DNA of 63,340 bases, counting the filler, from an uncultured bacterium (GTDB lineage Bacteria; B130-G9): assembly GCA_965372715.1 (NCBI GenBank). It is 5 parts of 5 records of this genome, joined end to end, with 100 filler letters (N's around TTAATTAATTAA, not from the genome) between each part and the next. Parts side by side here need not be neighbours in the genome. Positions count along the whole stretch, not along the records: positions 13,265 to 26,077 come from CBDVDH010000077.1; positions 26,178 to 38,929 come from CBDVDH010000078.1; 3 more parts are not named here. One strand, written 5' to 3'. The first letter of the stretch is position 1. Every line of letters starts with the position of its first letter. The position numbers were made by a program, and so were the translations under genes. This document shows positions 21,538 through 32,173 of the stretch, piece by piece. The notes below the pieces were generated by a model that was not told where the DNA came from, did no database searches, and saw nothing but the letters and a program-made list of their open reading frames with translations.

Positions 21538-21782
21538 GACTTCCGAGGGGAGTCAGCGGGCAGGAACTGGCCGAACATCTTGCAGGACTCGGCTACAGGC
21601 CAATCAGACAGGCTGGCAGTCATCTCCGACTTCTCAGAGAGGGGAGCCCCGATCACCGGATCACGATCCCGATGCACAAGGACCTGAGGGTCGGAACGCT
21701 CAACAGAATCCTCAGCAATGTGGCGGATCATTTGGACGTGAAAAAGGCGGATGTCGTTAGACAGTTGTGGGACGGTCAGTAA
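21534..21782 (+). CDS. hicA: HicA-family mRNA interferase toxin
   Basis: RQAGSHLRL, ITIPMHKDLRVGTLNRIL. Confidence 0.88.
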   Translation: MRLPRGVSGQELAEHLAGLGYRPIRQAGSHLRLLREGSPDHRITIPMHKDLRVGTLNRILSNVADHLDVKKADVVRQLWDGQ

Positions 21783-21926
21783 GGCCAGGCCGTGGATTCT
21801 GCCGAATCAGTATGTGCTGAAAACCCACCGCACGCTGGCTGAAACCTAGACGGGCGGACCTCCTCGCGTGATCACATTCTGCTCGCTAGGCTTCGTCGGG
21901 TGAGGCGCTTGAGCGTCAGGTGCTTC

Positions 21927-22157
21927 TCAAGACACGCCTACTCGTTCGACCGCGAGGTTGTCGAACCGCATCAGCGGCAGATCCCCGGTGAACTTCAAGT
22001 GCTCATGCGCTGACAGTATCTCAATCCCCACGATTCCGCCTTTCGGATCGCAGTCGATCGCAACGTCCTCGCTGAGGCGCAGTGTCGTGACCTCGTACTT
22101 CCCCTCCATGAACCGAAGGTAGAGCGCATCGACCTTAGGATCATAGGTTATTTCCAT
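21927..22157 (-). CDS. DUF2283-domain protein (putative antitoxin)
   Basis: ITYDPKVDALYLRF...DVAIDCD..GGIVGIEIL. Confidence 0.85.
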   Translation of the reverse strand: MEITYDPKVDALYLRFMEGKYEVTTLRLSEDVAIDCDPKGGIVGIEILSAHEHLKFTGDLPLMRFDNLAVERVGVS

Positions 22158-22169
22158 CAGGGCTTCCTC

Positions 22170-22420
22170 CTAGAAATAAGAAGCATAAACCGTAACCACG
22201 ATTATCTCCCCCCGCTCCTCAACAGCGATGGGAACCACTTGTTTCACCGAACAACTCTTGCCACCCCAGCGTTTGTTGAAGTCGAGATTCAACCTGAACG
22301 ATAGTCGTCCCTTCTTCGCCGGCGTTTTCTCACCCCGCCGAATGGCCTCCCGGACTTCGCGCTCAGTTACCCCCTCTGCTCCATTTTCTGCAAAGCATGA
22401 TCCGAGAAAACAATTTTCTG
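22170..22420 (-). pseudogene. Frameshifted DUF4258-like putative toxin
   Basis: KIVFSDHALQKMEQRG* in one frame, continuing as VTEREVREAIRRGE...EIIVVTVYASYF* in another; the shift lies in a G5 run (22370-22374); no clear start codon. Confidence 0.78.
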
Positions 22421-22580
22421 TTCAGTCCCGGCAATTGAATGATCGTGTCCTGTCCAACACCAAAAGAGATGACTCTTCTGGATTCAAACATAGCAAAAAG
22501 AAGGGAGCAGGGCAACACAGGGCTAAGAAGAGTGGCAGGCTGGAAAGCCCGCCCTACACTGGGCTTCGTGGAGTGGGGCG

Positions 22581-23513
22581 CTAGTCTCTGTCGAGCATGT
22601 AGTAGATGGGGTTTTGGGCCTTGCCGTTGATGCGGACTTCGTAGTGCAGATGCGGTCCTGTGCTTCGGCCGGTTGTGCCGACGAGCGCGATGATGTCCCC
22701 GCGCTCAACGCGATCGCGTCGTTCGGGGAGGATTTTCGAGCAGTGCGCATACCAGGTAGAGAACCCGTTCCCGTGGTCAACCTCAACCGCATAGCCCCAG
22801 TCCGAATACCACTTGACCTTCGCAATCACACCGTCCGCGGTTGCATGCACTGGTGTCCCTTTGGGCGAGGAGATATCGACGCCGCGGTGAAAGGCTCTCC
22901 GGTGCGTGAAGGGATCGCGCCTGTAGCCGAACGCGGAGGATAACCACCCGCCATCGACGGGTGTTATCGAGGGAATCGAGCTGAGAAGCTTCTTGTGCTC
23001 GTCCAGGTAAGACAAGAGCAGCTCCGCTCGCGCCCCTTGCTGGCCCAGATTCGCCTCCAGCATACCGAGTTCATCCGAGAGCTCCGACAAGAGCTGCTTT
23101 TGTTTGCCTTTGTAATAACGCGAAAACGCGCCCGAGCGACGGCCGCTGTCAGGCCCGCCGACACCAACTTCACCATCGAGGCCAACCATCGTCTCAATCT
23201 GGCCGGCCTTCTCACCGACCTCCGACACGCGCTGCTTCATCAGCTCCATATCGCGCATGAGACGCGAAACCTGAGTCGAAGAAATGCCCTCGGTCTGAAG
23301 GCGAGCTACCTCAGCGGTCATTTCCTCGATCCGGTCCCTTGCAATTAGGTGCGACCTGCCAAGCAGCCCGACACCGACCGCAGCCGCCAGCAGAACACCC
23401 ACAACCGCATAGATCAATCCCCGCCTGATCAGAACCGTCCTGATCTTCGACCTCGCGTCCGGGATTATCATTACCGTGTAGAATCGGCTACGCACTATTC
23501 CGCGCCTCCTCAA
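22581..23513 (-). CDS. M23-family peptidase with TM helix and coiled coil
   Basis: HRGVD, YAH, STGPHLHYEV. Confidence 0.92.
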   Translation of the reverse strand: MRRRGIVRSRFYTVMIIPDARSKIRTVLIRRGLIYAVVGVLLAAAVGVGLLGRSHLIARDRIEEMTAEVARLQTEGISSTQVSRLMRDMELMKQRVSEVGEKAGQIETMVGLDGEVGVGGPDSGRRSGAFSRYYKGKQKQLLSELSDELGMLEANLGQQGARAELLLSYLDEHKKLLSSIPSITPVDGGWLSSAFGYRRDPFTHRRAFHRGVDISSPKGTPVHATADGVIAKVKWYSDWGYAVEVDHGNGFSTWYAHCSKILPERRDRVERGDIIALVGTTGRSTGPHLHYEVRINGKAQNPIYYMLDRD

Positions 23514-23762
23514 CAGCGAATCTGACTAACTTCACAACGAACACTGCAACTAACGACACAACCGCTATGATGTGCCCGTCAACCCGAAAACCACAATATA
23601 TGGCCTGTCTTCACAAGCTTCGGGCAAGGAATACTAACTAATCTGTAACCAAAAGTCAAGCTCTCGGCCCGTAACGAACATTCCACCTATCATTTCGTAT
23701 CGAACTGAGCCGAAGCTTAATATCAGAACGCGCCGTTTAGTCAGCAGAAAGGCGCCCCATGC

Positions 23763-24734
23763 TCACATTCCACTAAGATCGTAATCCAACAGTTCACCGT
23801 AGGCTCCACCTAAGAACGGCGCATCGAAGTCCCCAGTAACGAGCCCAACATCCTTGGCAAACCACACGTTACCATCGACCAATCCAAACATCGCACTGAT
23901 GCTCAGATGCCAACAGTCGTCGAAATCGCCAGCCGGCACGCTGATGCTGTCCTTTCCTTCTACCCTGACAGTCGCGGTTACGGGAAAGCCTTCGAAGCTG
24001 AACCAAATCGTCCATTCATCGCCCTCCTCTGGCTCGGCCGGCAGGAGAAGCTGGTCGCTATCAAACATCGAATCGCCTTCGACGATCACGTCCCTAATGT
24101 AGATATCGCCGTCGTCATCTACCAAGATGACCTCAGTGTCCTCTTCGTCTTCCGCATAGATTGCGTGGAACACGTAGTCGCCGTCCTCGGCCTCCGCCTC
24201 AGAGATAACAGCCGTGCCCTCTCCGCTGTCTTCGTCGCTCTCCGCGTAGTAGGTCCAGCTGTATCCCTCGGCCAAAGGTAGGTATTCGTTTCTGCCCTCG
24301 ATCGACGGCCCCCCCGACTCGAACGCAAACTCGTCCTCGGCGATGTTACTCATAATGGAGTAGTCTTCCGCCGACAAGATGGCGGCTTTTACGCCGTAGT
24401 CAGCCTCCGGGATGCCTTCGCCGAGCGGAAACGAGAAGACCAGAAAATCCGAGATGCTCAACCCTGCTGCTATATAGCTCCCAGCAAGGGGAAGAACATC
24501 CGGAGTAAGACGAGGCAGGAACAGCAGAGTGCCAAAGTAGTCGATCGCCACGTAGAGCTCCGCGTCAAACCCGCCGCCGGTATTGGTCAGCGAGATGTAG
24601 ATCTCGAGCGTATCCCCAGGGTGGTAAACGTCCTGGCTGGTGTAAACATCAAGCTCTACTGGCTGCGCCAAGCCTCCTTGCACCCCGAGATGTGCAATTG
24701 CCACACAAATCATGACCAACCAAACTCTCTTCAT
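23763..24734 (-). CDS. Secreted acidic hypothetical protein: recurrent beta-rich module plus a C-terminal domain with VPAGDF..C motif
   Basis: Signal peptide MKRVWLV...GLA; YLPLAEGYSWTY and ISVPAGDFDDC...WFAKDVGLV. Confidence 0.75.
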   Translation of the reverse strand: MKRVWLVMICVAIAHLGVQGGLAQPVELDVYTSQDVYHPGDTLEIYISLTNTGGGFDAELYVAIDYFGTLLFLPRLTPDVLPLAGSYIAAGLSISDFLVFSFPLGEGIPEADYGVKAAILSAEDYSIMSNIAEDEFAFESGGPSIEGRNEYLPLAEGYSWTYYAESDEDSGEGTAVISEAEAEDGDYVFHAIYAEDEEDTEVILVDDDGDIYIRDVIVEGDSMFDSDQLLLPAEPEEGDEWTIWFSFEGFPVTATVRVEGKDSISVPAGDFDDCWHLSISAMFGLVDGNVWFAKDVGLVTGDFDAPFLGGAYGELLDYDLSGM

Positions 24735-24972
24735 TCTCAACTCTCCCAATCGCGTTAAAAGTGACAATAATAGAATTACACTTACACTTAACTTTCGCAG
24801 CAGTGTTAATCAAAATCGCTCGCTTGTCAAATCCGGCCGGCCGAATTACCTGGTCATAGGTATCCAAGCTTCCCACTTGGGCCCGCAGTGCACGATTGAT
24901 AGATAGCGCTAACTCCTCGTCGGGCCAACCGGGAGCACACAACTTGCATCCCAACAGTCAACCGCCAACCGA

Positions 24973-25983
24973 TTATCGCCCCACAGCGAGCCTCTTCCTG
25001 CGCCTCTGAAAGAGCGATACGAGCGGCGCGAGGTAATCGCCCGTGGTCGGTATCCTGATGAACTCGACCTTGCTCGTCAGAAGGCTTCGGTTGAGTTCAT
25101 CGGCCTCCTTGCGGCGGAGCTCAGCAAACCGGACCCTGAATCGCTCGTTCCTCGTGTCAATCACTGTTGTTTGGCCCGTCTCGGGATCCTCAAGTGCAAG
25201 CAGGCCAACCGAGGCCAATTCTTGTTCCCGCGCGTCCGAGATAACACAAGCTGTCAAATCATGCCGCCTCGACGTCAGCATTAGGTCCCATACGAAATTG
25301 TCCGACGAGACGAAATCCGAGACCAAGAACACAATGCTCCGTCGCTTGAGGACCCTGTTCAAGAAGCTTAGTGACTCGCTGAGCTTAGTCTGGACCTCGA
25401 ACTGCTGCGTCCTGAAGGCAAGCCCAAGCAGGTCCTTGAGCCGTTCGGGAAACAGCCGAATACAATCGGAAAGCCTCTTGCGCTTTGCAGCGACAATCTT
25501 CTCCTCTGCGCCATCGTCACCGGTTTGAGGGTAGAGTATGTCTCGGATGACGCGCATCCCGTGGCGCCTTCCCTTCTTGGGAGGGATGTAGTTCAGGACC
25601 TTGTGCGAAAACGTCAGAAGGCCGACACGGTCGTTGTTTCTGATCGCAGAAAAGGCCAGTATCGCGCAGAGCTCGGCGGCGACCTCGGACTTCAGCTTTT
25701 CGCCGGAGCCAAATCCCAGCGAGCCGCTCACGTCAACGACGAGCATGACGGTCAGCTCCCGCTCCTCACGGTGCTTCTTGACGAAAAGCTGCCCCATTCT
25801 GGCCGTAACGTTCCAGTCGATCATGCGGATGTCGTCCCCTGGCGCATATTCGCGCACCTCCTCGAACTCCATCCCACGGCCCTTGAACACGCTCTCATAC
25901 TGCCCTGAAAACACGTCATCGACCAGGCGCCGGGCACGAATCTCAATCAGCCGAACCTTCTCAAGTATCTCCTTAGGGATCAT
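24973..25983 (-). CDS. DUF58 (MoxR-associated vWA-like) protein
   Basis: GRGMEFEEVREY.PGDD.R.IDWNVTAR, DVSGS, VSDF. Confidence 0.92.
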   Translation of the reverse strand: MIPKEILEKVRLIEIRARRLVDDVFSGQYESVFKGRGMEFEEVREYAPGDDIRMIDWNVTARMGQLFVKKHREERELTVMLVVDVSGSLGFGSGEKLKSEVAAELCAILAFSAIRNNDRVGLLTFSHKVLNYIPPKKGRRHGMRVIRDILYPQTGDDGAEEKIVAAKRKRLSDCIRLFPERLKDLLGLAFRTQQFEVQTKLSESLSFLNRVLKRRSIVFLVSDFVSSDNFVWDLMLTSRRHDLTACVISDAREQELASVGLLALEDPETGQTTVIDTRNERFRVRFAELRRKEADELNRSLLTSKVEFIRIPTTGDYLAPLVSLFQRRRKRLAVGR

Positions 25984-26037
25984 CTTCCAAGTTCCAAGTC
26001 CAAAGTCGGTTGGGACATGGTTCAGTGTCGGACCTCG

Positions 26038-26060
26038 TAGGGGCGGCTCACGAGCCGCCC
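26038..26060. repeat. GTAG-type REP palindrome family (GTAGGGGCGGCTCACGAGCCGCCC; relatives near 45707, 51272-51302, 51428-51458, 58548-58668, 13286-13358)
   Basis: GTAG tetranucleotide followed by a GC-rich palindrome; 51272-51302 is the exact reverse complement of 51428-51458. Confidence 0.8.
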
Positions 26061-26177
26061 TCCTGCAATGTCTGACCNNNNNNNNNNNNNNNNNNNNNNN
26101 NNNNNNNNNNNNNNNNNNNNNTTAATTAATTAANNNNNNNNNNNNNNNNNNNNNNNNNNNNNNNNNNNNNNNNNNNN

Positions 26178-26231
26178 CTGGAAAGCCTGCCCCACACCGA
26201 CGAGAGTCATGCCCTTGAATTATTCGGGTTA
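26178..26231. mobile_element. End of a second copy of the 8896-9077 MITE-like element, at the contig edge
   Basis: Reverse complement nearly identical to 8896-8949. Confidence 0.75.
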
Positions 26232-26446
26232 AAGAAAAACTACCCAGCGACGAGACTGGAGTGCGGAAGAGCGGCGTCTAGGCACGCAATTGGCCCCCTC
26301 TGGCGAGCCGGCAGAGGTATTGATTAGGCCAAACATCTGCCAGTGTGCACTTTCTGTGCGATAGCATCCGTGCAAATCAGGCTAAATGGGGAAAAGTCTC
26401 TTGAGAGGGTTTTTAGGGCGGAATCGCCGGAGAGGCGGCTATAGAG

Positions 26447-26523
<77 letters not shown>

Positions 26524-26887
26524 AGTTAGCGACTTGGGCATTAGAAACCATAGTCCCGGCCTTGCGAGTTTTCAATATGGTTGTCTGAGGATTTCCTGCA
26601 ACAGCGACAATTTGCAGTTCACAGCAGGCCAAGTTCGGAGTAGAGGGGGCGATGGGAGCCTGGTTGGCGGCCCGAAGCGCGACAATGCGGAACATGCGCG
26701 CTTGTAGTGCGTTCCGTTAATGACATAGGATTCAAGCGACTGCGATTTCATCCATATCATCCCATATCCGACAGTATATATGGAACGCTCTACTAGCGTC
26801 TCCGTAACCAAGAATTACCACCCAACGGCAGGCAACACGTAGAATCTAGACTCGTCCGTGCACGGCGGCGTAGCCCTCGGCAGCATC

Positions 26888-27834
26888 CTAGGGGAGCTTC
26901 CTGCGCCAGTAGTCGAGGAGGTCTTTCAGCGTTTGCCCGAGCGGGATTTGGTGGACCCAACCGGTGGCTTCGCTGAAGCGGTCGTGCGAGCCCAGGAGCA
27001 GCGGGATGTCCAGCGGGCGCAGGAGCTCTTTGGAGACCTCGACCTCGATCCTCGTGTCGCTTAACGACAGGAGAGTTTCCAGAACCTCTCGAATCGATAC
27101 TGCGTGACCCGAGCAGATGTTGTAGGTGACCCCGGGCGAACCCTTCTCGAGCGCGAGCACGTAGGCCCGGGCCACGTCCCGAACGTCCAGGAAATCGCGC
27201 CTCGCCTGGAGGCTGCCCACGCGCACAATGGGGCCTGCCCCGGTCGATTCGATCTCAGCTATTTGCTTAGCAAAGGCCGAGCAAACAAACGTTGGGGCCT
27301 GACGAGGCCCGGTGTGGTTGAAGGAGCGGACGATGATGACCGGGAGGGCACGCGCCCTGGCGTAGAAACCGGCAAGTACCTCAGCGCAGGCCTTCGAGGC
27401 GGCGTAGATGCTCATGGGCTGGATGGGGTGCTCCTCCGTGATAGGACACTCATCATCGGCAACAGAGCCATACACCTCGCAGCTGCTGACTATTAAAACC
27501 TTGGGCTTGTGGACCAGCTTCGAGGCGGCATCCAGCAGGTTGAATGTGCCCTGGATGTTGACCCGCGCGGTTAAGCCCGGCTGGGTGCGCGCAATCGAGA
27601 CAGAGCTCATCGCCGCTAGATGGACGATAGCGTCCGGGGTCACTTCCTGGAGTAGATCATTGAGCTTCTTCTCATCCAGGATGTCGCACTCGTGAACGTC
27701 GAGCTCGGGCGGGATGTGGCTGCCAAGTAGTTCAGCCGAGAGGGCTGTGCCGCTGACCTCATCCCCTCGCGCGGTGAGATGCTCGATAAGGTGTCCCCCG
27801 GCGAAGCCCTCCGCGCCAGTTATGAAGACGCGCA

Positions 27835-27835
<1 letters not shown>
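26888..27835 (-). CDS. rmd: GDP-4-dehydro-6-deoxy-D-mannose reductase (Rmd-like SDR)
   Basis: TGAEGFAG, YAASK, RSFNHTGPRQ...F..QIAEIE, RDFLDVRDV; coupled to gmd. Confidence 0.75.
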
Positions 27836-28851
<1,016 letters not shown>

Positions 28852-28987
28852 TCAGCGTTGTTTGAACAAGGAGTTTAGAGCCAAAGCCATGACAGGTGCA
28901 ACAACCCGTCTCTGCGGGTGATGTCCTTCACCCGGTAGGACATGATCGCATGTGTATTGGGCCTGTTCTGGCGCGATCGCACAAGGC

Positions 28988-31900
28988 CTAATGGTATTCG
29001 TCCCAGCTGCGGACTTTGAGGTCATCGCGCGTCGTGCCCTGTATTGCCTCGACGAGGCGCTTGGCAATCTGCTCGTTGGTTATCAGGGGAACGCCAAAGT
29101 CAACGGCCTTTCTCCTGATGAGGTAGTCGTTGTCGAGTTCCTCTTCCTCGATGTTCTTTGGGATGTTTATCACCAGGTCGATCTTTCCTTCGGCGATGTA
29201 GGTAAGGACGTTTGGCTCCTTGCCATCCAGTGGCCAGTGCAGCATCGTGGCTTCGATGCCGTTTGCCTTCATGAAGTTGGCTGTGCCCCCCGTCGCGTAG
29301 AGGTCGAAACCCATCTCCTTCAACGTCTTCGTGCAGCCCAGCAGGTCCGCTTTGCTCTCGATTGGCCCCGTAGAAAGCAGGATGCTCCTCTTGGGCAGCC
29401 TGAACCCGACCGAGAGCAGGCTCTTCAGAAACGCCTCGTCGAAGTCGTCGCCCAGGCAAGCGACTTCGCCCGTGGATGCCATCTCCACTCCTAATACGGG
29501 GTCGGAGCCTTTGAGCCTCGTGAACGAGAACATCGGCGCCTTCACACCAACGTAGTCGAGGTCGAAAGAAGAGCGGACGATCTTCGAGGGACTCCTGCCC
29601 ATGATCACCTCGGTCGCCAGATCGACGAAATTGGCCCTGAAGACCTTGGATACAAACGGCAGGCTTCGCGAAGCGCGGAGGTTGCACTCGATGACCTTGA
29701 CCTCGTTCCTCTTCGCCAGGAACTGGATGTTGAACGGGCCAGTGATGTCCAGGGCCCGCGCGATCTTCTGGGCGATTATCTTAACGCGCCTCATGGTCTC
29801 GAGGTAGGTCCTTTGAGGCGGGAGAACCATGGTCGCGTCGCCGCTGTGAACACCTGCGTTTTCGACGTGCTCCGAGACCGCATAGCAGTAAAGCTCCCCG
29901 TCCTTTGCGACAGCGTCAATCTCTATCTCTTTTGCGCCCGCGATGAACTTGCTGATTACGACCGGATGTTCCTTGCTGACGTCCGACGCCTTTTGCAGAT
30001 ACTTCTTAAGCTCGTGCCTGCCCAGAGCAATGCTCATCGCCGCGCCGCTCAGAACGTAGCTCGGTCTGATCAGGACTGGATAGCCAACGCCGTCCGCGAA
30101 CCTCTCTGCTTCTTCCAGGCTCGTTAGTTCCTCCCATTCGGGCTGGCGTATCCCCAAGTCATCAAGCAACCTCGAGAACTTGTGCCGGTCCTCGGCAGTA
30201 TCGATACTGATCGGCGATGTGCCCAGTATCCTCACTCCAGCGTTGTGCAAGGCAAGGGCTAGATTGTTGGGGATTTGGCCGCCCATTGAGACGATAATCC
30301 CTCCTGGCAGCTCCTTCTCACAGATGTCGAGAACCCTCTCGAAGCTGAGCTCGTCGAAATAGAGCTTATCACAGATATCGTAGTCCGTGCTGACTGTCTC
30401 CGGGTTGCAGTTCAGCATTATCGTCTCGTAACCCAACTTCTTCAGGGCGATCACGGTGTTGACGCAGCACCAGTCGAACTCGACCGAGGACCCGATCCGA
30501 TACGGCCCGCCGCCGATAACGATAACCTGGTTCTTGCCGTTCAGTTCGATGTCATCCGCGATGCCGTTGTATGTGAGATACAAGTAGTTGGCGCTGGCGG
30601 GGTATTCACCCGCGAGCGTGTCAATCTGTTTGATGCAGGGCGTTATGCCGAGCTCCTTCCGCCGCATGCGAACGGTCTCCTCCGATGTGCCGGTGATGTG
30701 CGCAATCTGCGCGTCCGAGAAGCCTTTCTGCTTCGCCTCTCTGAAGAGCTCACAAGGCATGTCCTCAAGACTGTAATCCTTCAACAGGTGCCGCAGCTCC
30801 ACGATGTTCTTCATCTTAGAAAGGAACCACTTGTCAACGTGAGTCATCTCGTTGATTCGCTCGACCGTGTAGCCCGTCCTTAACGCCTCGGCAATTGCGA
30901 ACATCCGTCTTTCGGTGGGCTCCGTCAACTCCGAGTCCAAATCGTCAAATGAACGGTCGTTGCATACGAGACCTTTTAGCCCCAGGTCAAGCATACGAAT
31001 CGCCTTCTGTAAGACCTCCTCGTAGCTCCGCCCGATTGCCATGACCTCGCCGACTGACTTCATCTCCGAGCCGAGGCTGACGCTCACGTTACTGAACTTG
31101 TTGAGGTCCCAACGCGGGTATTTGAGGACGATGTAATCCAGCGCCGGCTCGAAGCAGGCGGACGTTTTTTTGGTCACGATGTTTTCGAGCTCGGTCAGTC
31201 CGTCGCCCAGGGCCAGCTTTGTCGCTATAAAGGCGAGCGGATAGCCCGTTGCCTTTGAGGCGAGCGCGGAGCTCCTGCTCAGCCGGGCGTTGACCTCGAT
31301 AATCTTGTGGTCCTCCGAGGCGGGATCGAGCGCAAACTGCACGTTGCATTCGCCGATGATCCCAAGATGCCTTATCAGCTTGATGGCGGTGGCCCGAAGT
31401 CTGAAGTTCTCCCTCGCGGTCAGCGTCTGCACGGGGGCCACGACGATGCTCTCGCCCGTATGAATCCCCATCGGGTCAACGTTCTCCATCGAGCACACGG
31501 CGATACAATTGTCGAAGCGGTCGCGGACGATCTCATACTCCACCTCCTTCCAGCCGCGGAGATACTCCTCGATCAGGACCTGGCTGGTATGCGCAAACGC
31601 CATCTCTGTCTTGTGCTCAAGCTGCTCCGCATTATGGACGACGCCGGAACCCAAGCCGCCAAGCGCGTATGCTATCCTGCACATCACGGGGTAGCCGATC
31701 TCTTCCGCGGCACTGAGCGCCTCATCGACGCTCATTGCAGCTTTGCTCAACGGGACCTTCAGCCCCGCCTCCTTGACCTTCTTGACGAACAGGTCGCGGT
31801 CCTCGGTATTCAGAATCGCCTTAATAGGCGTGCCCAGGACGCGGACGTCGTGCTTTTTCAAGACGCCTGTTTCGGCCAGCTCAAGGCCAACGTTCAGCGC

Positions 31901-32173
31901 CGTCTGGCCCCCGAAACTGAGCAGTATCCCGTCCGGTTGCTCTTTCTCGATGACCTTCTCGACAAAGAAGGCGTCAATGGGCAAAAAATAGATCTTGTCC
32001 GCCAGATACTCCGAAGTCTGGATCGTAGCGATGTTCGGGTTGACCAAAACGGTCTTTATGCCCTCCTCCTTCAGCGCCTTGATCGCCTGACTGCCGGAGT
32101 AGTCGAACTCCCCCGCCTGGCCTATCTTTATCGCTCCTGAGCCTAAGATCAGAACATTCTTGAATCGCGTCAT
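28988..32173 (-). CDS. carB: Carbamoyl-phosphate synthase large subunit
   Basis: IGQAGEFDYSG, two ATP-grasp halves, NPETVSTDYD, C-terminal MGS domain. Confidence 0.98.
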   Translation of the reverse strand: MTRFKNVLILGSGAIKIGQAGEFDYSGSQAIKALKEEGIKTVLVNPNIATIQTSEYLADKIYFLPIDAFFVEKVIEKEQPDGILLSFGGQTALNVGLELAETGVLKKHDVRVLGTPIKAILNTEDRDLFVKKVKEAGLKVPLSKAAMSVDEALSAAEEIGYPVMCRIAYALGGLGSGVVHNAEQLEHKTEMAFAHTSQVLIEEYLRGWKEVEYEIVRDRFDNCIAVCSMENVDPMGIHTGESIVVAPVQTLTARENFRLRATAIKLIRHLGIIGECNVQFALDPASEDHKIIEVNARLSRSSALASKATGYPLAFIATKLALGDGLTELENIVTKKTSACFEPALDYIVLKYPRWDLNKFSNVSVSLGSEMKSVGEVMAIGRSYEEVLQKAIRMLDLGLKGLVCNDRSFDDLDSELTEPTERRMFAIAEALRTGYTVERINEMTHVDKWFLSKMKNIVELRHLLKDYSLEDMPCELFREAKQKGFSDAQIAHITGTSEETVRMRRKELGITPCIKQIDTLAGEYPASANYLYLTYNGIADDIELNGKNQVIVIGGGPYRIGSSVEFDWCCVNTVIALKKLGYETIMLNCNPETVSTDYDICDKLYFDELSFERVLDICEKELPGGIIVSMGGQIPNNLALALHNAGVRILGTSPISIDTAEDRHKFSRLLDDLGIRQPEWEELTSLEEAERFADGVGYPVLIRPSYVLSGAAMSIALGRHELKKYLQKASDVSKEHPVVISKFIAGAKEIEIDAVAKDGELYCYAVSEHVENAGVHSGDATMVLPPQRTYLETMRRVKIIAQKIARALDITGPFNIQFLAKRNEVKVIECNLRASRSLPFVSKVFRANFVDLATEVIMGRSPSKIVRSSFDLDYVGVKAPMFSFTRLKGSDPVLGVEMASTGEVACLGDDFDEAFLKSLLSVGFRLPKRSILLSTGPIESKADLLGCTKTLKEMGFDLYATGGTANFMKANGIEATMLHWPLDGKEPNVLTYIAEGKIDLVINIPKNIEEEELDNDYLIRRKAVDFGVPLITNEQIAKRLVEAIQGTTRDDLKVRSWDEYH

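Noticed and set aside
23589-23605. ACCACAATATATGG resembling an NrdR box
   Set aside because: Single imperfect copy with no nucleotide-reduction gene downstream
26232-26446. Possible integrative element at the tRNA-Arg 3' end
   Set aside because: No integrase or duplicated att site visible; the contig ends
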